A DNA stretch of 64,000 bases from the human T2T-CHM13v2.0 reference genome, Homo sapiens, in assembly GCF_009914755.1 (NCBI RefSeq), contig NC_060930.1; one strand, 5' to 3'. The translations under genes and the position numbers were made by a program. Position 1 is the stretch's first letter. Each line of letters starts with the position of its first letter. A model generated the notes under the pieces. It was not told where the DNA came from. It was given only the letters and a program-made list of their open reading frames with translations, and made no database searches. Shown piece by piece: positions 24,851 to 36,737 of this stretch.

Positions 24851-25998
24851 TGGCTGAGGCCCGGCACTGGATAATATTTGCCTGGCAAATACTGTTGGCT
24901 TGGGGCAGTGAGGGGGAGGTGCTCTTGTAAAAAGACAGCTCCTCTAGGTTGCATCATTCTTCCCATTAAACCCCCAGGGCCGGGGATGGGGGGGCCTTTC
25001 TGAAGGGATGTGGGAGCTGTTCTTCAGCTGCCTATTTTGTCCAAAAGCCTTCTTTAAGCATGGAACACAACACAGACTCAGTAGGGGAGGTCACAGAAAT
25101 AGATACATCTCTTTGTGGGAATTATGTTTTCTTCTGGCCAAAGCAAACCATCTAGACGCAGAGAGGCTGTGGTTTGACACTGGTTGGACTTCAGGAACAA
25201 TTATAGAAGGGTTGCGGGCTGTGGATGCATTGAACGTGATTCATGTGGTGTGAGAGTTGGAGAAAGGACGGTAGACAAAAGCACAAAAGGGAGGCCCAGA
25301 GACCAATTAGTGGAATGAGAAACTAAAAAGTTTGGTAGATGGTTTTATCCACAGCCAAGTCTGAATTATTTATAGATTATTTTCTTCTGGATTCCCTCTC
25401 TAAGTTTGCAGAAATAAAATAGGTAATTGGGCCATATTTTCTCCCAAGTCCTTTTTTTATATCCAAATCTCGGTTCAGCCAAGATTTTCAAGGACAAGAA
25501 CTGTGTTTTCACTATTGTAAGTCTGCAGGATTTGGAAGTACCCATTATAAATAACCAATACTGTGGAAGCAGCGACTGAATGAACGAATGAAATCTTCCC
25601 TACTGAAAGACTGAGAAATAAACAGGCTAATGTTACATTTTCAAGATGCAAGTAACTACAAAATCCCACTTTTATAGGTTCTTTAATGAACGAAAGGAAA
25701 ATGATTGATTAAAACAAAAATAATTTAGATAAAATAATTTTAACCTTTTCTGAACAAATGCTGCACAAAGAATATCATCTAAAATATTAATTATGTTTTA
25801 AAATATTATTGATTATGAGAAACAACTTAAAAAGAAAAGCTTATAGTTACTTGTTTCTCAAGTAATGTTTTCATGAAATAAGACAACTTTAAATGGCAAA
25901 CAGGAAATTCTCATCTTGATAACTTTAAACTGAGTCTGCTGTGCAGGGTAAAGATATTAGTTTTAGTGAGCATTAATTTTAAATTTTGGAAGTTAGCA

Positions 25999-26009
25999 GT
26001 GACTCAGCA
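25999..26009 (+). promoter_or_regulatory. Consensus ARE/NF-E2 (CNC-sMaf/AP-1) motif GTGACTCAGCA
   Basis: Exact match to RTGACTCAGCA followed by an AT-rich flank. A single motif only. Confidence 0.3.
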
Positions 26010-26553
26010 CTTTTAAAAAGTTAAATATCAAGTTTTCAATTATCTCAAACTCGCCCCACACATATAATTTTTTAAAAGAAGTTGAGATCTCCTTCAAAAT
26101 TTCAGTACTGTCTATAAATTTGTGATAATATGCATAAACTACAAAAATTATAGTTGATACCTTTAAGAGAAACAGCTGTAGTTGGCATTTTATAATTTTT
26201 TGACTCATAATGCCGGCAATTCTAACTTAAGTGTTGTGTTTAACTTCCTTAATATGCGTAAGGGGGCCCCTTTAAGAATTAGGCTTCCTCAACTTTCAAA
26301 CCAATTTTAAATGACTGCACAGTAGCAGGGGGATATGGCTCTGAAATGGAAGATTTTAATAAAATATATAATTCAACAGTAACTAAATATCTTGTGTTTT
26401 CAAAGTTACTGCAATTCCCCCTTTTTTTTTGAAGTTTTAAATCCCGCTTTGACTACTGGTGGTATTGCAATCAATGAAGTTTATTCAAGGAGTAATCATT
26501 GCTATTGACAAACTTAGTAAACAGTTTAAATGCATAAGTTCCATTATCAAAAT

Positions 26554-26557
<4 letters not shown>

Positions 26558-26589
<32 letters not shown>
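26558..26589. repeat. (TA)16 microsatellite
   Basis: Pure TA run. Confidence 0.96.
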
Positions 26590-26595
<6 letters not shown>

Positions 26596-27329
26596 AAATA
26601 AATTTAGATTTTTATATAGTCAAAAAGATTATAATGTATAGTCAGGATTTCCAATAATTTTTCATAAAATTTTTCTTTTGTTCTTAGTAAGAAAATGTCA
26701 TATATCTTTTGCAGTTTTTAGATAAAACAATTGGTAAATGAAATACAGTACATTAAAATACTTTGAGGCTTTAAAAAAATAAGAAAGAAAAGTAATTTCA
26801 GTGGAATTATCATTTTAGCAAGACTAAGATCATTCCATGAAGAAGACAGAGGTGGGTACCCTGGTGAAGCCCTGGCTTGTGTATGTGCCCACACGTACAC
26901 ATGTACCATTTGGCAACAGACTTTTAACAAGTAAAACATCAGTAAGGCAATTTAAAAATTGTTGCCACGAATCATTCACATTCCCTCCTCGGGTGAAACA
27001 TGGCAATGGTCTTAAAGTTAAACATAAGCACTGCACACACCGTAGCTATGGGGAAATGCTTGTAACCATAACCTACTGGCTTTCACAGATATCTTTAATT
27101 TAAGGCTCTGGCTGGCGCAGAGGTGAGAGCTGAAGCAAATAATGTCAAGGGAGTGAACAGTTACCTCAAAACACAAGGATATTTTCTATTGTGTAAGAAA
27201 AGGAGAGAATTAACCAAGGTAAGGAACAACTTAGTAGTTTAATTATGAGTCTTTTAATGTCTTTTCATAATCAGTTAATAAATACCTTAACAATAAAATT
27301 GAATTTAAGCTTTTAATAGGCCGTGTTGG

Positions 27330-28180
27330 CTTAAACCTAAACAAAGGAATTAGCAGCTCCAGGCATTGTGCAATAACTGCTCACTGTTTGGTGCCAGGAG
27401 AAACAAAGCATTTCAAGTGCGTTTTTTGTACCTTACTATAATAAACGCTTGTAATATTCCCCAATTTCTGGAGTGTAAGACGCAGATCTTATTTATCACA
27501 GTATGTGACACACCTGGCACGCGGATCAGGAAACAACTGTTTTACTTCATTTCTGTCATCACCTTCCAACAGATTTCTTTCACATTCCAATTTGGATAGG
27601 AGGACTTGACTTTCTCTCCATAAGTTCTCCATTAACAGTTTCACAGCAGAAGGCGCCATTGGTCCGCTTCCTCTCGCAGCAATTAATTACACAGAGCGGC
27701 GTGTTTTGACGCGGACCACAGCAAACGCGTCAGGTCACGGGCATTTACGCGTATCTGAGAGCAACGTCTTTATCATCAGCACGGTGCGTTCCCTGCAAAG
27801 GTAATGAATTGTCATAGTTCCTCAGACAGGCAATGACGAACACCGTGTCAAGTCAGCAGCACAAATTACCAACTTCAACTCCCTTCAGTCACTTTTATTA
27901 ATATGCATTTTATTTGAGGGAGTTTTTTTTAAGGAGTTGTGTCACTTTATGCGTTCGGCAGATGAAAGGCACTTTGGCTTTCTGTGTTAGCAGCGGAGAG
28001 TGTATCAGACTTGGAGTCTTGAGCTCTGTGAGCCCTGTGAACAACTATGCACTAATAAACCTTGAAAAGCTTGAATTACACTATAACCCACAAAAATTTT
28101 CAAATTAAAAAGGCATATTTAGAGGCCCCCCGTGGATAGTGATTTTATTTAGTTTAATTCCCTCTTGTGGCCAATTAGGT
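27330..28180. promoter_or_regulatory. Candidate conserved non-coding element or enhancer with CpG-dense core
   Basis: 17 CpGs counted in 27651-27850 against a CpG-depleted background, not repeat-derived. AATTAATT, TAATGAATT, several TGTCA/TGACA, TTTTATTA and TTTATG motifs. Confidence 0.6.
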
Positions 28181-28223
28181 AGACACCCCTGCACACAGGC
28201 ACACAGTCCTAGGGGAAGAAAGT

Positions 28224-28255
28224 GGGGCGGGGGCGGGGGCGGGGGCGCCGGGGGG
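28224..28255 (+). repeat. (GGGGGC)n GC-box array, potential G-quadruplex
   Basis: GGGGC GGGGGC GGGGGC GGGGGC GCC GGGGGG: five G-runs with 1-4 nt loops, overlapping GGGGCGGGG boxes. Confidence 0.8.
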
Positions 28256-29749
28256 TGGCTAACTTTTTTTTTTTAATGGCAGTATATCATTCCTCCATAG
28301 ACAGAAATGATTTTCCCGGCTGTTGTTCTATAAAGAACAGGGCTGTTAGAAATCAATGAAAGTGTATGCAAGATGAATTTTTATTTGGCTCAGTTTTTTA
28401 AGGCTATACAGTACTCCAGTTTCTTCCTAATTCAGCCGTAGTCAATTGCCAAGTTGAAGAATAAAAGTTAAAGTTCCACCATGACCATGACAACAGAATA
28501 TATCCATTTAGTGCTCTTCAATTATCTACTGGTCAAAATAACTTCTAAGAAGGCTGCAAATGCATGGTTAATGGTAGGTTTATTTGTATCTTTTTTTAAT
28601 TAATTGATTTGCACAACTTCAATGCATTTTTATCACGTATGCATTGAGCTCATTTACCCAAATGAAACTTGGATCGACACGAAAGATATATTTGTTACAA
28701 AAATTGTTCCTAGGGAGCTGCTGTTTCCATCAGAATTGTGAAATGTGCCTCCTTTTCATCTGGTGGCAGGCTCCACATGTACCATATGAAAAAGGAGTTA
28801 ATAAAATGCACATTGGAAATATAAAACAAGGTCAGAGGCGACAGTTTGGCTGAAGGCCTTTCTTTAAGTGTGGAAAACAAAAGAACAAGATTGTTTTAGC
28901 AGTTGCAGCTGTTGGGAGAGGCAGCTTTGGGTGGAGAGAAGCAACCGAAGGCCCTGCTACCTGTTTCCTGAGTCTATCAGATCCAGGGTCCTCTCCCTAA
29001 CACAGATACCCGGCACAGTAGGTGCCCCAAGCTTTGGAAAGTCTCAGTAGAGAAAAAGAAAAGTCTCCATCTTGTTCCCAAGAGAGCTCTGGGGACCAGA
29101 AGGATGTAGCTTGGGGAGGTGTAGGGTCAGGCTAAGGAGTGGGAGGGCCTGTGTGAGACTTCAGTCTCTAAAACCCCACAGTGCTGTGTCCTTCTCAGAG
29201 CCAGATGTGATGAATGGCATTACTGTGTGCACGTTGAAAGCCACCCTGATTGGATGCCTTTCAGTGGTAAATTTTTAAAAATAAGTACTTAAGATTCTGT
29301 GGTTGGGTCCATCGTATGCCAACCAAACCAGGGGAAAGAAAATAACATTGTCAGTCAAGCAGCTGCTTGTTCCACATCCCTTGACAGATTTGTTTTTCTT
29401 AATGAACTGACTGGTTACTTTGGCATCACTTAAGAGCTGCAAGGCAAACAGTGAAACTCAATCAGAAAAACTTTATCATTTCAGAATGAAGATAAAAGAG
29501 AAAACACTTAATAATTATGTCACAAGACAATGATAGTAGCCCACGAACCCATTAATATGTGAACATAAATTGGCTAATCAGAGTAGCTGTGACCCAGCAA
29601 AAGAAACTTTATAGTCTTTGATAAAGAATAAGAAAACCAGGTCATCCAAACAGGAAAAGACAGGCTTACAGAGAGGGACAGGCGATATGGTGGGGGCAGG
29701 GGAACTGTTTGGACTCTGAAAACATAAATAGGCAACAATCAGATGTGAT

Positions 29750-29915
29750 TCCTCCAAGAGTTAATTCTATGATCTTGGTCGAGTACCTTTTCGCATTTAG
29801 CTCTGGTTTCCTCATTTGTGAAAAGGGAGTGATAACCTCACCTTCCCAGATTGAATAGCAGAGTGAGTGCAAAGAATTTGAGTAGGACTTGGCACATAGT
29901 AAGTACTCAATCAAG
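29750..29915 (+). mobile_element. MIR SINE
   Basis: 'ctctggtttcctcatttgtgaaaagggagtgataa...ttggcacatagtaagtactcaat'. Confidence 0.75.
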
Positions 29916-30239
29916 GTTGGAACATGTGCTTTCTCTCCCTTCCCTGACTCAACCCATACCTAGAAACACCCTAGCCAGCATAAACCATCACTCAGCATGG
30001 TGCGTTTGAGATCAGATTTTTGTTGTTTTAGGAAAATCTTAGCTTTTGATAGGATTTACCTACACTGGAAGTAGTGAAAGGGTCTAGGCCAATGTATTCA
30101 GAAATTCCACACATGAAAGACTGATGTGAATGGTGGAAAGGGCCTTCCACCGTACCTTCTTTCTCCCTTCCATGTTGGCCTTCATAAGATAAAGGTTGTT
30201 TCAGAAAAAAAATCCATACCCAAAATGCTTCCTCCAGAC

Positions 30240-30536
30240 ACTCACTACTCAAAATGTACTCTCAGACAGCAGCAGCAACAGCAGCAGCTTAACCCAGAAG
30301 CTTGTCAAAAATGTAGAATCTCATCCATCCACCTCCCCTGCTCCCCAACATGCACCCCTATTGATTAGATTCTGCAACAAATCCCAAGTCATCCCTATGC
30401 ACATTAAAGTTGGGGAATTTTTCTAATTCTAGGCCAATTAGACCAAAATTTCTGGTGTTGGAACCCAGACACCAGTACTTTTTAAACCTCTCCACATGGT
30501 TTTAATATGCAGCCAAGTTTCAGAACCACTGTTCTA
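30240..30536. mobile_element. MER5-family DNA transposon remnants (MER5B-like plus MER5A-like piece)
   Basis: 'ctactcaaaatgt...cagcagc...gcttgtcaaaaatgtagaatctc', 'tatgcacattaaagtt', 'ttaatatgcagccaagtttcagaaccactg'. Confidence 0.7.
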
Positions 30537-30739
30537 GTCGCGTTAGCAAAAATCAACCTTAAAAAACACAAAAATACTTAAACAAAAAAGAGTAGAAAAG
30601 ACTATTCTTGAACTAGATTCACTGAAGGAAAGAAGTTTTCAAGTGTGGCTTAAAGACATCTACGCTTCTACAATTCTAGTGATGGAAGAAGGAGAACTGA
30701 GATACATTTTCATATTTACACCTTGCCCTTATACAAGTC

Positions 30740-31110
30740 TTGGTTAACAAATGCCCGGGTGGGCAGAACATTTATTGACATAAGTCACCGTGTTTATTGA
30801 TGCTGCCCATTTTCCACTGATTTTAGAACTCTGTAGGGGAGGTGCTGTGACTTTGAAAAGGCTATTTTTATAATCAAATTGTTTTACTTAAAGGTTTATG
30901 TAACATGCTATACTATTAAACAGTAAATAAAAACCACTGATAAATCCCGGGTTCCCCACAGGTAATTTGGTACATCCTTAATTATCTGGTTTATGAGCAA
31001 ATTGCCACCTCAGCTTTGGTTCTCAGCTTGTTAGATGCACGTGTGTGCACACCCTTGTCTTGCATGGCAAACTTCCCACAGACTCAGGGTTTAAATGATG
31101 TCAAAACATA
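30740..31110. promoter_or_regulatory. Candidate enhancer block (posterior Hox/Cdx-type TTTAT motifs, E-box)
   Basis: TTTATTGA at 30771 and 30793, TTTATG at 30895 and 30990, TTAATTA, CACGTG. Non-repeat sequence. Confidence 0.4.
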
Positions 31111-32294
31111 ATGGGGCGGGGGTGCGGGGGCAGGGGAAAGATGTAGAAAATAAAAGGACTGAAGTTTGTGTTGGAGTTTTGGTTTTTGGTTTTTGTTTGA
31201 AGAGTTAATTTGATTTTGATTTTCATTGTTGTTGCTGTTATTGTACATTAGGGCACACTCCTAGACCTAGGGGCCTGCAAAAGGTGGCCAATGACAGCTG
31301 ACTGCATCAAAAGAAATCCGTCCTGTTTTGTTAAACTGAAGTTTTTTGGTGAAAGCTGAGATGCCTCTCTCACAGCAGTCCCATCTAGGCTACATTCTAC
31401 CTTTCCATGCTAGCAGGAAGATCTAGGAGGCTCAGGATTGCCTTCCATCAATTAAACCTTCCCAAAAGGAAAATCCTCTATGCTTTTGCCCTCCAAGCTT
31501 AAACCAAATAACATTCTTCGATGGCATTAGATGACTTTTGTTTGAACTTTTATTGTTCTGCAAATATCTGAGTTCAGTGAGGCTCCGTGTATGCAATCCT
31601 CTCTTACCCCCAAATTCCATGAAATTAAAGCTTCTCTTTAGGGCCTCAGTGGCTCACAGCATCCTGTGGGCTCAGCCTGATGGGCTCCCCCTGGTGGTTG
31701 CACCATGCCTCTCCTCTGCTGGTCTCAGAAGAGAATCCCTCTTCAGATTTCACTAAAGACATCCGGGAAAAGGAGGCCGAGACAGTCAAGAGGAAGGGAA
31801 ACAGTGGGGTATACAGCTTCTCTTGGAATCCGTTCTTGTAACAAAATTTCAAGAATTAGTTTTCTGAGTTTGAGACATAATCTTTTTTATGTCATTTTAT
31901 TCAGTTCCCAGCACCCTTTACTGCCCAGATACGAAAGGACATAACACTGTGGATATTTCTGAACCCTCCCCACTTCCCTACACCATGGGTTCAGGCTGTT
32001 TCCACAAGGCATAACTACTATTACAAAACATTGCAAACTCCTGCATCCGGTATTGATTAAACAATGTCTGGAGCTGGCAAACATTATTAATATATAGAAT
32101 GCTATAGAGATTGATTGTTCTACTTTCATTTTTCTTCTTCCTGCCAGCCCCTACAGGAGAAAGCCCTGCAGCTGTTCTGAATCCCATTGCCAGAGGCATA
32201 TTATAGCTCGTTTTGATGTTTCACCAGCAAGTTTTGTGCCTCATACAGGGACAAACCAAAGCGAACATCCCAAGCTCCAACTAGAGGCTAAGGC

Positions 32295-32490
32295 ACAATC
32301 ACCCTGTCAGGTATTGTTAGTAAGTCGGGATCATAAAAGATAATAAACTCTCTCCCATCTTTTATGACGGCACACCAAGATCAAACACTTTCCATACCAC
32401 AGCATAAAGCCCCCAGGACCAGTTCTCCCTGACAGATGTTCATCTGCTATCTCGGTATTGACGTGTTACTTAATTTATTGATCCACAGAG
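32295..32490. promoter_or_regulatory. Candidate enhancer block
   Basis: CTGTCA, inverted TCATAAAA/TTTTATGA pair, AGATCAAA, TGACAG, CAGATG/CATCTG pair, TTAATTTATTGA. Confidence 0.4.
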
Positions 32491-34574
32491 AGAAGGAAAT
32501 GCAAAGACTCTAGAAATCTGGTACTGTACAAGCTGTTTTCCAGGGCTCTGAGCCCTAGAAATAAAGTGGAGACTTGATGTTGTGTTTTAAAAGCTGTTTG
32601 AATATTGTCATTTTATTGTTTTTTTCAATGTTTAAACTAATTTAAAAATTGGTCAAAAAATAAGTTGGAACAAAAAACGCTTTTATTATTTTTATTTGAC
32701 TTTTACTCAATGAAGAGTATGCTTAGCAGTGGGCAATGTGGTTTGTTACTCCTTGGTAACTCACTGACACTTGCCGACACTCACCTGGCCCTGTCGATCC
32801 CATAAATACAAAAAGCCTGGCTCACCCTAGATTTCACAGAATGATGAGGAATGAGGTGAAATAAAACTTCCTAGTGCAATGCTAAGTAATTCAGTCTTTC
32901 CTGCTCTAATCCATTCCACACATGACCTCCAGACTGCTCACGTTAAAGCAGACATCTGATGGCATGTCTCCAGGTTGACAGTCTTGGCAGGTGCCCCTGC
33001 CTGCCAAAAGGAGGATACATACCTAATGGTGTTCAAGGCCCTCCTCCTTGGGGTCCCAACCAGCCTCACCAGTCTTACCCTCAAACATTCCCTTTCACAT
33101 GCATGTGCCCCAGCCCAACTGGATTAATTACCAGCTCCTCTTTCCCATCTCTGTGACTTTGCTCATGAAGTCCTTGCCCATATATACAAATAAAAATGCC
33201 GTAAGTATCAAGCAAAATCAATCTCTTTCTCCCCAGATTACTTGTAGCCATTTTGTTCTGTTGTTGTTTTTGTATTACTCCTGAGGCTATTTGTATGTAG
33301 GGTTCTCCTTCTGGACTTCAAGAAAATTGAGAAAGAAGAAGATCTTATGCACCTTTTGGCCTCATCCACCCCTTCACTGTTATGCAAGAGGTGTTTAACA
33401 CACGGTTCAGTGAATGAATGAATAAAATACCCGGCTTATCTTTGGAATTTCCTGCTCCACAGCCTTCTGTGATTTCACCTGGATTAAGAATATATCCAAA
33501 ACCCCTTGGACTTTCATTTGAGACCCCTCAAATTTGGCCCCCATATGTCTTTATAACTTACCCTAAACTATCGAGAAAAAAATCCTTTAGCAAAATAATC
33601 CACTTATTGTCTCCCACCACATTTTACCACCAGCCTGGACTGCCCACCTCCCTCCTCTTCCCACCCAGACCCACACATCTTCTTTGGCTATGGGACCAGG
33701 CATAGCCTCATCCTTCCTCATGCAGCTTTCACTAGTAACCTCAGCCTTCAGAGATCTTTGATGTTATGCAGAGATATGTGTTCCACACATTTGTCAACCA
33801 TTCCTTGCAAATATTCATTGCCATCATAGCCAGTATTTAAAATTTGCATTTCTTAATTTTTGAAGGCATGTGTTACATTCTCATAATCTTTACATCATGA
33901 CTTGTTCATAATGTGCAATCATCAAATATTTTATCATTTTTGCTTTGAAATATACTAAAGAATAGCAGCTGAATATAGATGAAATCAATTCAAAGGTTAT
34001 TCCACCCAGTGGTTCAAAACCAAATGATTTGCTAATAATGAATAATCAGAGCTTTTCTTTCTTTATCTATATAGAGGGATATTTTCTAAATTTATCTATC
34101 ACTCATAAGAAATCACATCCTAACACACAAACACATCCACACGCACATAACTAAAACCATAGTTCTCAATTTAGTATTTACCCATACTTTGTGTAATGCA
34201 ATCCAATGTTTTCCATTTTATATCATCTCATTTCTAGAAAAAGAGTCACTATAGCCCACTAATGATTTTGTGACCTACAAATGGGACATAATCAACTAAT
34301 GGGCTGCTGTTGATAAACATTATCTGCAAGTTCCTAAACATTTCTAGTTACTAAAGAATCTCTAAAACCATATAAAGATAGAGAACTCTGGATTCTTTTT
34401 CCTGCTCTAAATGTCCAAGACTATACAATAAAACAGCAACAAGGCACATTTAGTAGCCTCTATGATTATACCAATTAAGGAAGTCCCAAGCTGGAGTGAA
34501 ATAGTCAGAAGTGGTCCAACTAACAATTAAAGCTGAGGCTATCCTACACAGCTAGAAATATATTGCTTCCCATT

Positions 34575-34710
34575 GTCTTTAGTTGATTGATTAGGCAGTG
34601 AGAGCATCATGCTGATGTGGCTGAGGGCATGGGTCAATTAATTTTCCTCGACTCCATTTGTATCACACCAAAGCTCTTAGCTGTATCAGCTGCATCACTG
34701 GTCACTTGGA
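34575..34710 (+). mobile_element. Possible MamSINE1-like ancient tRNA-derived SINE
   Basis: 'ttag...cagtgagagcatcatgctgatgtggctgagggcatgggtcaat...ctggtcac' is a weak match to the recalled consensus. Confidence 0.3.
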
Positions 34711-34763
34711 AAAAATTGTTTTAACTTGCCAAAGAGAGTACTTTTACTATTACTTTCTCTTAA

Positions 34764-35360
34764 CAGTGCTTCTCAATTAGGTATGAATTTGCCACTAGGG
34801 AATATTTGACAATCTCTGGAAACATTTTTAGTTGTCACAATTGATGGGAGAAGGGACAAGGGTGCAATCCTATTGATATCTAGAAAGCAGAGGCCAAGGA
34901 TACTGCTAAACATCGTACAATATACAGGACAGCTCCTTCTCCTATGAGAAAGAATTATTCAACCTAAAATATGCTTTTGTTTAAATGTGTCCCCCAGTTT
35001 CATGCACTGGTAACTTTATCTCCAAATTCATATGTTGACGATATTGGGAGGTGGGGCCTTTGAGAGGTAAACAGGGTTAGATGAGATCACAAGGGTGAGG
35101 CTCTCATGATAGGATTAGTGGCTTTATAAGAAGAGGAAGAGATACCTAAACTGGTACTCTCTGTCTCACCTTGTGATGCCATCTGCCATGTTATGATGCA
35201 GCAAGAAGGCCCTCACAAGATGCAGTCCCTCACTCTTAGATTTCCAGCCTCCTAAACTGTGAGACATCAATTTCTTTTCTTTATAAATTATCCAGTCTGT
35301 GGCACTCCATTATAGCAGCATAAAATAGACTAACATGGTACGAAGGTTAAGAAACCCTCT
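34764..35360 (+). mobile_element. MER20 DNA transposon split by an MST LTR
   Basis: 'cagtgcttctcaa...tctggaaacatttttagttgtcacaa...gaggccaaggatactgctaaacatc...aagaattattcaacctaaaat', with the terminus 'aaggttaagaaaccct' resuming after 35335. Confidence 0.8.
34972..35335 (+). mobile_element. MaLR solo LTR (MSTD-like)
   Basis: 'tgcttttgtttaaatgtgtccccc...ggaggtggggcctttgagagg...gcaagaaggccctcac...tttataaattatccagtctgtgg...tatagcagcataaaatagactaaca'. Confidence 0.85.
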
Positions 35361-36347
35361 CCTTAGTATCTTTATGTGTCTTATTTATTATCAAAGGCAA
35401 CTATACAATATCAAAGCAAATCCACACAAAAGAGAAGGATGAGCCAAAACTATCACTCAGAGATTTTGCTCTATATTATCTCCAACTGTGGGACTTCAAA
35501 TTAGCCTCTATCAGGAAAATTGAGACCTGGCCCTGAAGGATCCCATATTATCCAAAGAACTATGCACACAGAAAGCCCAACAACCTTATGCCTTCACCAC
35601 TGGTATCGTCCAAATTTCAGGATTCTCAGAACTCCACCTAAATGAAGGGGCACAGCTGCAGCCATCAGAAACCCATCTGGGAAATGCAGATGCTATTCCA
35701 ACATCTGTAAGAAATGAAATATTTGGATCGTTAATTCAAAATATAACTAAGATGGAAACATGTTCTCTTTAAAATGTTTCTTGCTGCAAAGTCCTCTGTC
35801 ATTTGTTTAGTCCTTTTCCTGTGCAAAGGTGTGTTACCAGCTGCTAAGGGGATCTCTAACTCACATAGTCACCCAAAATAAGCCAACAGTTATTTCCTAT
35901 CTACATGAATATTGGGAGTTCCAACTGACACCCACATTTGCAATCCTTTAAGACTCAAGGCTGGAGCAGTAAATTCTCAAGCATGCTGCTTACATGACAG
36001 ACCAAGACACTTTCCCAATAAGAATTCTGAGATTTTTGTCATAGCTTTCCAAAAAAATTATCTTGCTGTCACTCCCCTTTATCTATTCTAATCCACATTC
36101 GACCATTATTTTCTCATATGCCTTCTTTAACCAAAAACCTTCCATGACTTCCCTTTTCAGAGAAGGACTCCAAATATCTTGGTACTTGATGTCTTTCTCC
36201 ACCTGACCTCTACCATTCTCTCCAAACTTAACTTATGTAGTACACTTTCTCACTTAACTATTCCATTTGATCCATCTGCATTTGCCCAAGCATATTCCTG
36301 CTTTTAGCCTCCCTGCATGTTGTTTTCTTCACCTAGAAAGACTGCTA

Positions 36348-36737
36348 TGTCAGTCATAGTTCCAGAAGAAGACACGACCAATGAAATCAAAAGCCTTAAC
36401 AAATTATTTACAGAGATATGGTCTATATTTAGTGAATCACAACAAGGGAAACCTGTTAGCCACTTTTGACCTGCACAGCAAGGGGAGAGAACAGTGTTAC
36501 CTGGAAGAGGGGCTGTCCAACAAGAGCTTTGGTCAAAGATAGGGGACAATGCAGCTGCTGCCAAGGCCAAGCCAAGAAGGGAGGGGTCAGAAGAAGAAAT
36601 ATCCCAGCCTCTCCGTTCACCTGCTTTTACCTACCATTGGTAGAACCAACAGGAAGCCAGATGGCAAGGAAGCTAGGTGAAGAAGTCCATGGAGGTCAGC
36701 ATTCCAAGACTCAGGGCAGGGCAGAAAAGAGAAAGAA

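Noticed and set aside
30126-30368. Poly-glutamine ORF (QQQQQQQ)
   Set aside because: Comes from a short CAG run inside a MER5 remnant.
34575-34650. tRNA gene
   Set aside because: Only degenerate A/B-box-like text with no cloverleaf; better explained as an ancient SINE head.
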